This document shows positions 35,792 through 46,715 of a stretch of DNA of 64,000 nucleotides, piece by piece. The position numbers and the translations under genes were made by a program. The DNA lies in the NCBI GenBank assembly GCA_946965045.2, contig OX337229.1, forward strand, positions 3,906,001-3,970,000, in the 5' to 3' direction. The notes under the pieces are model-generated. The model did no database searches. It was not told the DNA's origin and was given only the letters and a program-made list of their open reading frames with translations. How positions within the stretch are numbered: the stretch's first letter is position 1; the number at the start of each line of letters is the position of its first letter. The stretch is from Epithemia pelagica (lineage: Eukaryota > Protista > Bacillariophyta).

Positions 35792-37967
35792 CGTTTGCCG
35801 AACGAAGGCAGCGTCCACGACTTGCAAGTTGATGTATGTGTGTTCTCAGGATACTACGTGCCCAATAAAAGCTGATTTCCCCTTGAGGTCACCGATGACA
35901 CGTGAGCAAGAGCGCACAGCAAATGAAAAGCTTGCGATCGAAGTAACAACCACAAGAAGGACCACAACAACAGAAGTGTTGCCGTTGCCGCAGCTATCTC
36001 ACAATGATGGTCAAGCTCTCTACGGATATACTCCTATTAAAAAAAGTGAAAGATGTTGTGGTTTGTGGTGTACTCCTTCCCGCATGGCACCAGTCTGGCT
36101 GGCGCGGCTTCAAGGAGATTTCTACGTTAGGAAAAAAATGAGATACTTAGTTCGTGAGTCTGTCGCGCGAGCACTAGTTGGTCTTGGATGGAGAAGTCAG
36201 TTAGGCGCGTCATCTCTTAGCGTGACTGGGAACAATTGCCTCAACCGCCGGCCACTCCTCAACACGTTCGAAATTTCCAACTGGTTGGTGTGCCCACGTC
36301 AAAAACCATATGCCTCTTTGTCTTTCCCACTTCCACATCGGGAATGTGGGTAGGGAGTGCCCCCACAATTCCCCATTTCCATTTCCGTTTCCCCATATCC
36401 CCTCGTTCTCCCCGAATACTACGCCTACTAGGTACGCCTCAACCTCAAGCTAGAGGAATGACACAACTCCAAACAAACAATGACACAAAACTAGGTAGTC
36501 CAGAACAAGAACAGCGACAACAATCAACCAATGCTACGAAGACAAGACAACAATTGCCACTTTTGTTTCAAGTATTAGAGCCAGAGATATATGGTTCCAT
36601 GTCCTTCACTTAAACGCTGTTGGGGTTGGGCTCCGTCGAATGATTCACGAAGATGGATGAACCGTGACTGAGGTATCTACCTAGAATGCAAAGACGTTTG
36701 GTCACGATATCACAGTATCTACGTGGGAGGGCTGGACGCAACCAACAATATTGCGTTTCGAATGAGTTCCTCGTCGTCCTAAACCAAATGACCAACTAGA
36801 GATAGAAACTATGAAATACACTAATGTGACGTTTGGCTCGGGGCAGACGACGTCATCTTTGTCAGGGGCCCAAGGATGTGTCATGAGCAGTCCCGTGATA
36901 CACCATGTCATTATTCAGGTAGTAGGACAATCAGGAGAGAGGCAATGTCGCCTGGAAGAAAACCGCAACCACCCAACGACATGGACATTGGATCTATAGC
37001 CCGCTCATGTCCGATCTAAGGAACCGAGTGTTGGTGTATGATTGTATTCCCACCATTTTGCTAGAGAAATAGTACAGACAAGTGCAAGGTATGGCTCTAC
37101 CAGCGGTTCCCTGTTTTTTCTCAAACCATTCATACACTATATATTCAGCACAAAGACTCGCATACTGCAACGGTGTCCTCTGATCCATCGCCTATCCAGA
37201 GAGAAGAACCATACACACGTACGCCTGTCGAGTTTCTCGCGCATGCATCCGAGACGAAGGCCTTGAGAATTGAGAATGAGGACCTCCCAAGTAAATATTA
37301 TTATTCGGAGGCTCGCCATGCTTGGGATTTGCATGCGCGATGTGAGACGCGCGCAGTCATTCGGAAGTACACATCTCATCATGCGCGCGCTCCTGATCGG
37401 CACTCGGAAGTTCACACATCGGCGTTTGTTCACGACGCAGACCTTGCTCCTTGTAGACAAAGCCGACCATGGCCGAGCCTGACGGATTCCACATACAGTT
37501 CAAAAGCATGGGCTTGTCTTTTCCCAAGTCCGTTGATCGTTCGGTCTCGGATGTTTGATCCTATCTATCGATGCACATGATACTAATAGCTACCATGAAA
37601 TCGAACATGTCGTCACACGCTCCACAATATCTTGCATCTCCCAAATCTAAACACAAACACGAGGCCTCTTTGGGACGCCTCCATTCCACGTCCCGCGCAG
37701 AGAGGAAGCAAAAGGACTTGAACCAAACCAAATGTATCACTACACAGTATCCATTTCAAATTGTATGGCTGGCTTGGTGCTCGTAACTTGATCATTCGTG
37801 TCAAAATGGATACCTCAATAGAACCTCCAAAGGACCCTTCTCCACCCAATCTATATCATCACTCTCGGAGCTCACAATTTCAAGCTTGGTTCAAAGCTCA
37901 AGCCTTTAGCCACCACACGGCTCTTCTTCTTCTTGCAAAACTCGCAACTACTTGACCAAAATCCACC

Positions 37968-39557
37968 ATGAAGCTTTTTTCGTCCCTTCTTGTACTTCAG
38001 GCTGTTGGTACGGCCATGAGTGCCATGGACACTGCTGATTACACGGAACGCCGTCTTAGCAAGGGCAAAGGCAAGGGCTCGGACGAGGAAGAATATAGCA
38101 AGGGGAAGGGCATGAGTATGGATAGTGCCAAGGGCAAGGGCATGGACATGGATAGTGCTAAGGGCAAGGGCAAGGGAATGGACATGGACAGCGCCAAGGG
38201 CAAGGGAATGGAAAGTACCAAGGGCAAAGGTATGGACATGGATAGTGCCAAGGGCAAAGGCATGGACGGCGCCAAGGGCAAGGGCATGGACATGGATAGT
38301 GCCAAGGGCAAGGGAATGGAAAGTTACAAGGGCAAAGGTATGGACATGGATAGTGCAAAAGGCAAGGGCATGGACATGGATAGTGCCAAGGGTAAGGGCA
38401 TGGAAAGTAAAGGCAAGGGCAAGGGATACGAGGACAGCAAGGGCAAAGGCAAGGGCAAGGGATACGAGGATAGCAAGGGCAAAGGCAAGGGATACGAGGA
38501 CAGCAAGGGCAAAGGCAAGGGCAAGGGATACGAGGATAGCAAGGGTAAAGGCAAGGGATACGAGGATAGCAAGGGTAAAGGCAAGGGATACGAGGACGAC
38601 TACAGCAAGGGCAAAGGCAAGGGCAAGGGCAAGGGATACGAACCGGCTCCAGTTTACGTGAAGCCAACACCCAAGCCAACCCCTCATCCCACTCTCAAGC
38701 CGACTCCGAAACCCACTCCCAAGCCGACACCAAAGCCCACTCCCAAGCCGACACCAAAGCCCACTCCCAAGCCGACACCAAAGCCCACTCCCAAGCCGAC
38801 ACCAAAGCCCACTCCCAAGCCTACAGAGAAACCAACACCGAAACCCACCGAAGCCAAGGGTAAGGGCAAAGGAAAGGGTAAGGGATACGAAGAACCTACC
38901 AAGGGCAAAGGAAAAGGAAAGGGTAAGGGTAAGGGATACGAAGAACCTTCAAAGGGCAAGGGCAAAGGAAAGGGCGACGACTACGTTCCAACCATCAAAC
39001 TTGAATTTACTAATGCCATGCAACGTCAAGTCTTGTCTCCCATCTTTTTCATGACGCATGCCTGTGGATACGAATTGTGGACCGTTGGAAAGGCCGCTTC
39101 CCACGAATTGGAACTCTTGGCTGAAAATGGAGATACTTCAGCCTTGGTGGCCAAGTATGCGACGGTCGACGGAGTCTGTCAATGTGGAACGGTCGAGGGT
39201 TCCGTCCCGGCCGGATCCAGTACCTATTTGGAAGTGAATTTGGACAAGGAATGTGGTTGCATCACCACCGCTACCATGTTGGTGGGTACCAACGATGCCT
39301 ACACCGGTTTCCTCAACACACCCTTGACCGCCTTTGCGGGATACCAACCCGTGACAGCCTTTGCCTACGATGCCGGTACGGAAGCCAATACGGAACTGTG
39401 TAAGGACATTCCCGGACCTCCTTGTGACAGTGACAACGAAAACAGTGACAAGAATGCCGAAGGTTTTGTCCATGTCAGTCCTGGTATTGCCGGAGACAAG
39501 GACGTTGGTTTTGCCTACGACTGGCGTGCCGCCGTCTTGTTTGGAAAAGAAGCCTAA
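37968..39557 (+). CDS. Secreted Lys-Gly-rich / PTPK-repeat protein with C-terminal Spondin_N domain
   Basis: Signal peptide [19 protein letters not shown]; RRL (RXL) site; [10 protein letters not shown] and KGKGYEDS repeats; PTPK tract; Spondin_N motifs [48 protein letters not shown]. Confidence 0.88.
   Translation: MKLFSSLLVLQAVGTAMSAMDTADYTERRLSKGKGKGSDEEEYSKGKGMSMDSAKGKGMDMDSAKGKGKGMDMDSAKGKGMESTKGKGMDMDSAKGKGMDGAKGKGMDMDSAKGKGMESYKGKGMDMDSAKGKGMDMDSAKGKGMESKGKGKGYEDSKGKGKGKGYEDSKGKGKGYEDSKGKGKGKGYEDSKGKGKGYEDSKGKGKGYEDDYSKGKGKGKGKGYEPAPVYVKPTPKPTPHPTLKPTPKPTPKPTPKPTPKPTPKPTPKPTPKPTPKPTPKPTPKPTEKPTPKPTEAKGKGKGKGKGYEEPTKGKGKGKGKGKGYEEPSKGKGKGKGDDYVPTIKLEFTNAMQRQVLSPIFFMTHACGYELWTVGKAASHELELLAENGDTSALVAKYATVDGVCQCGTVEGSVPAGSSTYLEVNLDKECGCITTATMLVGTNDAYTGFLNTPLTAFAGYQPVTAFAYDAGTEANTELCKDIPGPPCDSDNENSDKNAEGFVHVSPGIAGDKDVGFAYDWRAAVLFGKEA
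38059..38975 (+). repeat. Coding tandem repeats (~30-bp [10 protein letters not shown], ~24-30-bp KGKGYEDS, 24-bp PTPKPTPK units)
   Basis: Repeated aagggcaagggcatggacatggatagtgcc, aagggatacgaggatagc and aagcccactcccaagccgacacca. Confidence 0.95.
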
Positions 39558-40449
39558 GGAGGTTCTCGGCGTACCTAGTATCCTGAAGTCCAGAGTCCAG
39601 ATGCATACGTTTTGGAAATTCAGATGCGCGTTCTCCCTATGAAACAATTGATCTCATTTTGACCAGTGGTGCACGGTTGCACGGACCTTGAAACAGGTTC
39701 TGTGGTGCAATGGCTCCATTCGAGTCTATTTGGCAGGAAATAGTTAAGATAATCATTCTCTTCATTACAATCTATGCTTCAAAAATGATTCCTAAGTAAT
39801 GCATAGAGAACGAGCAATTGAGAGTCTTATTGTGACACTCATACTCACTCCAGAGGCCACAGGAAACCCATTCACATTTCGATCTTTCAATAGCGGTTGG
39901 AAAGAATACATACAGAAAGGTTCCAAACCTATATCGTGGGGCACAACACCCAATCCATTAACTTTTTTACCTTAGGGCCGTCCTATAAAGACGAGGCATG
40001 GCTCTCCGATTGACAAAGGTTGCACCGTGGAAACCCAGTCAGTTTAGAAATTTGTTTCGTTTTATAACCACGACGAAGACATGTCTCCAAGAGAAGTTCG
40101 GTTCGTACTTCGTACTACTACCTATAGGTGCACAGTTGATTCGTTTCCCCTGTCGTTCCAATTATGGAACGATCCTCCTGTGCTAAGACGAGAACCGCAC
40201 TGAGACCATACCACACCCTCGTCCACCCCCACCACCACGTATGTATCCCCGCTCACTTCCACCATTCTGGGAGAGGAGCGTCCTCACAAAATGAAGCATG
40301 GTACAGCCAGTCACTTCCTTGGAAAGATTTATACACGTTCCATTTGATAGCCAGCTAGATTCGATCGAGCGTTCATTGAAAATGGGAATATGACCACAAA
40401 TGGATACAGACAAGAGACACCGGAAGGGGCTTTTGGTCCGCAGCGAAAG

Positions 40450-41967
40450 CTAGCAAAAGACAAATTCTCGTACCAAAAATAATGGTGGTACTTCGCGTGG
40501 TTGTCCCGCCACCAATCGTTCATACAGAGTCGATTCATGTACAAAGATGGATTCGACGGGAGGCTCTTCTCCAAAGACTGCTCGTACATTGCTGTTTGTG
40601 ACGCGTTCCTCGGGTCCCAAGGGAGATCGGCTTTCATCATCTTGCCACGATCGACCTTGTGCGAGCAAGGAGTCGATTACGGAAACAGAATCGGAGCGTT
40701 TGCGAACGGCCAGCCATAATTCACGATGATCCTGCATTCCTAGTTGCGCTTGGTCCGTTCTTCGAATACCACGAGCATTCGGGTCAAAGCATCCGACCAC
40801 AATGTCTTGAACAGGTTGCCAGGAAACCAAGTCTTGGACTACAATGTGAAGCAACAACCGCCCCGGAGCCGATCGATGCTTGCAATATCGACGTAAATTT
40901 GGGTTGTTGGAGGGATATCGACCAAAGAATTGCCACATGTGACTCCCCGTCAAACCGAGAGGAGGACCTCTTGCTCCATTCCACCAAGAACTCGGGAATC
41001 GAATTTGACATCCTACCAGGGATTGCCAGACATGCCCAGCCTTTTCGGCATGAATGTAGGCTGGATCTTGTCTTAGCCGGTTATATTGCGCACTCAAGGG
41101 AGAAATAACATCTTTCCGGACGTCGCATTTGATGGGTTTCCGTCGTCGTGGAGATTTAGAGCTCTCACTTTCGGACATGGACGTGACTAGTTGCAGCATC
41201 TGTGCTTGTTTTTTCTTTTCCTGTACTCTCTTGACGCCGCTACGACCCAGAGGCTTTCTCATTTCCTTTGGTAGATAGCTCTTTGCACCGACGACATCAT
41301 CGTAGTCCTGCATGTCAAATTCATCTTCGGCATTGTAAAATCTATCCACAAAATCATAGGTGCTACTGTCGTTGACGTCCTCCTCGTCTCCTCCGTCCTT
41401 CGAGGCCATGGGAGACACGAGGTTGCAGGTTGTCACTTTTGCTACACCCACGGACTTTGATTTCGGTCTACGGGGAGGTGTCACGGGTGGACATGGATCG
41501 GTATCGGGTTGTGAGCTGCGAACCGACAGGTTGACTGAGATGTCGTCGTCGTCGTCTTCTTCATAGTAGTTGTTCAAGGCTCGTGCTGCCCATTCGGCTG
41601 GAGAGCCACTCGATGCAAACGTCTCCCCCGCTGTGACGCTGTCAAACCCAATGGTGGCCGCATCTTCCTTCTTTTCATCCGGACTAACAGGTCGTCCCAT
41701 GATGTCACTGCTGCTTCTAGAAGGGGTGATCTTTGCCCAAGGGTCGCTAAAGTTTGTGTCCTCGTCAAAGGAAGACGAGGACGTGGGTACTCGGTTGCTG
41801 TTGCTCCCACTGGTTCGACTGACCAATGGATGTTCGGGCCCTTCGCTGCTTTCGTGAGACACGTCCAACATTTTTATATGGTCCCGAATGATAGCCGCCC
41901 CACGGATAATGGAATCGTCGGCCTTGGCTCGTCGGGAGAAGGGACGAAGGCTCATGGATCGAGTCAT
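40450..41967 (-). CDS. Hypothetical protein, disordered N-terminus plus globular C-terminal domain
   Basis: ~505 aa ORF; ordered C-terminal segment (AGHVWQSLVGCQIRFPSSWW...RLLLHIVVQD...RELWLAVRKR...VRAVFG); no family recognised. Confidence 0.7.
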   Translation of the reverse strand: MTRSMSLRPFSRRAKADDSIIRGAAIIRDHIKMLDVSHESSEGPEHPLVSRTSGSNSNRVPTSSSSFDEDTNFSDPWAKITPSRSSSDIMGRPVSPDEKKEDAATIGFDSVTAGETFASSGSPAEWAARALNNYYEEDDDDDISVNLSVRSSQPDTDPCPPVTPPRRPKSKSVGVAKVTTCNLVSPMASKDGGDEEDVNDSSTYDFVDRFYNAEDEFDMQDYDDVVGAKSYLPKEMRKPLGRSGVKRVQEKKKQAQMLQLVTSMSESESSKSPRRRKPIKCDVRKDVISPLSAQYNRLRQDPAYIHAEKAGHVWQSLVGCQIRFPSSWWNGARGPPLGLTGSHMWQFFGRYPSNNPNLRRYCKHRSAPGRLLLHIVVQDLVSWQPVQDIVVGCFDPNARGIRRTDQAQLGMQDHRELWLAVRKRSDSVSVIDSLLAQGRSWQDDESRSPLGPEERVTNSNVRAVFGEEPPVESIFVHESTLYERLVAGQPREVPPLFLVREFVFC

Positions 41968-43147
41968 TGTTGATTCCAGTTTCGCGACGACCACCACACG
42001 GTCATGCCCTCCTTCTGCTTCTCAATTCTGGTATAATTTAATAGCTGAAAAAGAGACTCGGCAACAAGGACTCCTTTACAAGGCGTGCAGTAACTTCAGT
42101 GGGAGCCAGGGTGATTGAGCTAATTGAGAGGATTGCTTCGCAGAAGACCTTGTTAATTGATGAAGGTCGATCGCCCGGTTCGCTCTATCCAATCTTGTTT
42201 ACGTCCAACGTCTTTTGGAGGTACAAATGGATGGATGAAGGTGGTCGTTCGCCAGTACGAGAGTACGCCAACAGAATCACAAGTCACAAGGAGTAACGGG
42301 CACGACTTGATGAACAATTGGCAGAAAGGAAGAGGAGACTTTCTCTCCCGTCGTCGTCCTTCTTTCAAAAAGAATATTAATAGCTCGCTTGTTCTTGTCG
42401 TTCCCATTTATTTTTTTTCGCATCACATGTACGAAAAAGTTGTGAGATTCGCAAACACGAACGAGAATGCGGCCAGCACGCACATGAAGGTGACGAGGCA
42501 GCCGCGTCAATCCTGTAAGTAATTTCCGCGAACCACCCTCCAAATGACCAATTTTTTCGCATGACTGCGATCGGACGGCAAGCGGAAGCAGGCAGTCCGA
42601 GTTTTAATCCCGCTCCATCAGAATGGAAAGAAACAACTCTCCCATTGCCGCCATCATTATTTTTTGTCCTGTGCCAGTCTATTCATGTGTCATTCATTAT
42701 TTCGTCTGGTTGATACAGGACACCAATGCTGCTTGAAAAGACAGGAGCTTTCTTCCAACTTATACATTGAGGAACGGTGATACGAGAATGCGCATTCCAT
42801 GTGATACCCGTTGTAGCCTGTAGGCACACAGTCATGGAAAATGATTTTCTGCTCTAGTTCCATTCCGGAAAGAGAGCACAACATAATATTCTACTAGAAA
42901 TTTGGGACTTGGCGGTTGGGGCATGTCCAAAGTCCACACTGTGGGCTGAATCTGGATTCTTGGAAAGCTGTTAGACAGTCACTCACGGTGAACGCAGAAG
43001 TTCGGTGGAACCGTGTCTCAGCACCATTACGTCAACAATTCACCCGGTCCCCACACACCTGAAGTAATCGACCTATCTATTAAGAACGGGCTGCTCATGG
43101 TTCTGTATCTTCGATGAAACTTTCGTCATGAAGACATGCAAGGGCCA

Positions 43148-43558
43148 TCACGATTTCTTTTGGAGTGACTCTTCCAACTTTTTTTCTTCCTCCTCTTCCT
43201 GGGCAAATACAGCCAATGTACTTCCTTTGGCAGGAGGTGGAGAATCTTCCCCCCATACCACCTTTTGCATACCTTTGAGGTAGCATCGTCGATATCGTTC
43301 AAACAGTTCTCCACAAACCTCTTCCTGGTCTATGCTTTTTCCAGCCAAAAATTCATTATAGTTTTTCGATACACATTTCTTGTACGCTTTCTCCTTTCGC
43401 CGACACTTGTAGTTGACGAGATCAACTCCGGAAAGACTTTTCGCTTTTTCGTCGTCCGCAAATCGGCTTGACGAGGAACCCTTGTCGCCGCTGGTTTTCG
43501 GTTCCGATATATCACTTGTTTCGGTGCCAGTGGTAGTCTTGCTCTCGGACGATCCCAT
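43148..43558 (-). CDS. Twin-Cx9C mitochondrial intermembrane-space protein, Mdm35/TRIAP1-like
   Basis: C-RRKEKAYKK-C and C-GELFERYRR-C (both Cx9C) with FLAG..D between them, as in Mdm35/TRIAP1. Confidence 0.72.
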   Translation of the reverse strand: MGSSESKTTTGTETSDISEPKTSGDKGSSSSRFADDEKAKSLSGVDLVNYKCRRKEKAYKKCVSKNYNEFLAGKSIDQEEVCGELFERYRRCYLKGMQKVVWGEDSPPPAKGSTLAVFAQEEEEEKKLEESLQKKS

Positions 43559-43932
43559 TTTTGCTGTGCCTGACACTTTCTGGGAGAACGATTGAATACA
43601 CGGCGCTTTATATCACTTTCGAGCTATGGCCTTTGATAATTGTGAAAGGTGATGGATCGCTCTGATCTCTGATGTGGTGTGATCTGTGTTCTGTGGCCGG
43701 AGATCAGCGACCACAAAGCGACGGAGACTTTAATGCGACCGTGAAACTGACACGTGTAAATGCTCGGATCTTCACCGACACAAGATACCCGATAACCACG
43801 CCAACAACGCGCCGCTTCATTGATTCCATCAATTATAGAGAGGTCTGGTCATCTCTCTGGTTGATTGGCAAAAGTTCTTTTGGCAGACGTTGTGTCAGAT
43901 TTTGGTGTGTTGCTGTTGGAAATTAGTTTCCG

Positions 43933-45243
43933 ATGCAACCTTTCCGAGCACTTGTTCCTTTGTTTGCATTAGTACTTGCAACTCTTTGCTCGAACATTGA
44001 CGCTAGTACCCCAGTACCAGGCGGTGATCCCATTCCAGCCCTCTCGAAAAGCGCAGTAGCAGAAAATCCCGTGCCCTCGTCAGCAGCTTCTGTCCCAAGC
44101 GTTGTCCCAATATCTTCGGATTCCGAAAAGCCGTAAGTTGGATTCATACGATATCTCGTGGGAACCTTGACAATAGTCTAACTTCGAGATACCCCCATCT
44201 TCCTGTTTCTACGAAGAGCACCTACGACTCCCCGTACAGAAATAACGATGCCTGAAGCTGCTTCTCCGTCACCAACGGCTGCAGGCCTACCAGAATGGTT
44301 GAAACTTTTGATTGGCGCCGGGGGAATCTATGGATCTTTCTTGTACTATGGGTCGCTACAAGAGGACGTCTTCCGATACGAAGCCAGTGATGGAACATCC
44401 TTTCAACAAGCTTGGCTGCTGCAAGTGCTTGAAGCTCTGTCAAACGTGATTATTGGATTTATTGGTATGCAATTGTCGGGCGCGACCAAGGGAATTCCTC
44501 TTCGAATGCTCGGAATCAGTGGTGCATCTCAGGTGACGGCAAAAGCATGCACAAGTCTTGCCTTGGCAAACGGATTATCCTTCCCGGTTGCCACACTTGC
44601 CAAGTCCGGTAAGATGGCACCAGTCATGGCGGGATCTCTTCTTCTAGGAGGGGCGTCCTACGACCTGCGTGAGTATTTGCAAGTGGCAGCAATCATTGGA
44701 GGTACAGCTATTGTGTCGTTTGGAAAAAAGAAAGGAGGATCTACTTCCTCCTCTTTGATGGGTGTTATGTACATCATTTCTTCGTTAGCATTGGATGGAG
44801 TGACAGCAGGATTCCAAAAGCGCGTCAAGACAGAGACATCCAAAGTAGGCGTGAAACCCAAACCCTACGACTATATGTTCTGGACAAACCTGTTTATGTG
44901 CTTGACTGCGGCAGTCATTGCTGTACTTCTCGGTGAAGTCCAATCTGGAATGGCCTTTTGTGGCGCCAACCCAGAAGTCTTTAGCAAAATCATCAAATTC
45001 GCGCTCTGCTCAGCCGTTGGCCAAAGTTTCATTTTCTACACGCTTGCCACCTTTGACCCCTTGGTGCTGTCCACTGTCACAACAACACGTAAAATCTTCT
45101 CGGTGATCTTATCGATCTTTTTGAAAGGACATTCGCTGTCTCCAATGGGTTGGTCAGGAATTCTTCTGGCATGTGGAGGAATCATGTCAGAATTGCAGGC
45201 TAAGAGGAAACCTGCAAAGAAGGGACAGGAACACAAAAACTAG
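43933..45243 (+). CDS. SLC35B1: SLC35B1/UGTrel1-like nucleotide-sugar transporter with N-terminal signal-peptide exon (intron 44133-44216)
   Basis: GIYGSFLYYGSLQEDVF, SFPVATLAKSGKMAPVM, LALDGVTAGFQ, AVGQSFIFYTLATFDPLVLSTVTTTRKIFSV; the GTAAGT...AAG intron is phase-compatible with the upstream exon. Confidence 0.9.
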
Positions 45244-45246
45244 GTA

Positions 45247-45965
45247 CTCCCTCCTGCTCGAAATTATTGCAACAAGTTTTTTTAGTCATAGTAGTCGCAC
45301 AAAAAGCTCTCGTAGGCCCTGGTACATTTCTACAGGAGGATGGCCGGCTCATTCGGAGTCGAATTTTAGAGATGAACATTCAACGTGACACGCGCCAAAA
45401 CCTAACTATCCTTTATTGGCTTGACACTTTTTACCGCTTCGATAACAGCAGGTGAAGAACACTTAGGAATCCGACCACGCGCGCGCGCGATGGATGAAAT
45501 TATGGGGGAATTAATTATGTCCCCCGCATGCCATTGCTGTGCGCGCTCTCATTCCCTACTTATGATGGATCGATGAGTACCAAAAATTTGGCGACGTTCG
45601 ACAAAACACCTCTGGCAAGGTGCCATTTAGATGGGGAAGGATAGATTAATGTCCATAGAACCTCCACAGACATTAGCCAGCAACTCTTTGTACTTTACCC
45701 CCTCGCGGGCCTGGCTGTAGGGTGCCATGGCTTGGGTGCACCTGGGGGGCCAGAACCGGTACGCCAAAGTTTGGGTTGCTTTTTTAGCCTCTTTTAGTTC
45801 CATGTAGCTCTCCAGGATTGTGAGATGGAACATATAAATTATACATGGAAATTTGAGTCTAAACATAAGCTATCGATCTATATAATTTTTAGCGCTAAAG
45901 GGCCAGCGCGTGAGAAGTTACGTCATTTTTAGTAACTTGTTGCGATAATTTCGAGCAGGAGGGAG
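45247..45965. mobile_element. Stowaway-like (Tc1/mariner non-autonomous) MITE, 719 bp
   Basis: 32-bp TIRs CTCCCTCCTGCTCGAAATTAT(T/C)GCAACAAGTT with one mismatch; TA dinucleotide on both flanks (45245-46, 45966-67); no coding capacity. Confidence 0.88.
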
Positions 45966-46715
45966 TAGGTATCAAGTTAAACGTACCCACCATTCGTAGT
46001 TTTTACTCCGAACGAGTAGCGATAGTTTGGAATGACTTTCGATGTCGGTGGCACATCCGACATCCAAGACTTGCTGGCTTATTTGGCTTGGCGCGTGCCA
46101 CACCTTGGATCTTTCGGTGCTGGTCGACCAAGGTACACATTTCATCTAGTGTAGACCTTTATTTGTACAAAACGATCCACAGTGCATAAAAGGTCGCGCA
46201 TGCGTGGCTGGCGTTTGAAATGTCCACCCCACCACAGAACTTTTGCCCAATCCACCAAGAGCGCCCACGCCAACAAGCTCAACAAATCCTCTAGTGACAA
46301 CAACGACTAGCAAAGCCAAGAAGAAGGGAGTGCTGTGCTGCGTTTTGCTGTCCTTTCCGCAAAGTTGCAGCATAGGGAGAGGTATTCAGCAAGAACCAAG
46401 CTGCATTTCTTTTTCGCACTAGTGCTTTCGTCTGTCGCTTCCTGGTAAGCTGATCCAGCAGCATTCGAGGTCACCATTGGCCCTGCCACCAAAGACGGCT
46501 TTTCGAAACGACTTGAGTCCAATCTGCAGTTGAATAGAGGCTCAGCAGCCAGGAAAAAGAACATTTTCATCCACCGCATTTGCGAGAAAGACTAAGGATC
46601 TTACAGAGACACTCACGAAGAGGTTCCTCGGTGCATCTTGACACCACTTTCAGCAAATCATAAAATTATCGCGCTCTTGAGTATTGGGTTGAGTGTCATA
46701 TTCTGAACAGTAAGG

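Noticed and set aside
36618-36747. TGTTGG...CCAACA segment as a possible solo LTR
   Set aside because: Only ~130 bp and the flanks (AACGC / ATATT) form no target-site duplication.
35829-37955. Several 60-170 aa ORFs in the gap before the KG-repeat gene
   Set aside because: No domain signatures, splice-supported models or consistent strand; treated as promoter/intergenic DNA.
38700-38820. Perfect 24-bp direct repeats resembling a CRISPR array
   Set aside because: No unique spacers, in-frame coding repeats in a eukaryotic gene, no cas genes.
38039-38965. Cys/Pro-rich (metallothionein-like) and Leu/Ala-rich ORFs on the minus strand and in other frames
   Set aside because: They are shadows of the KG/PTPK coding repeats; only the + frame has a signal peptide and a real domain.
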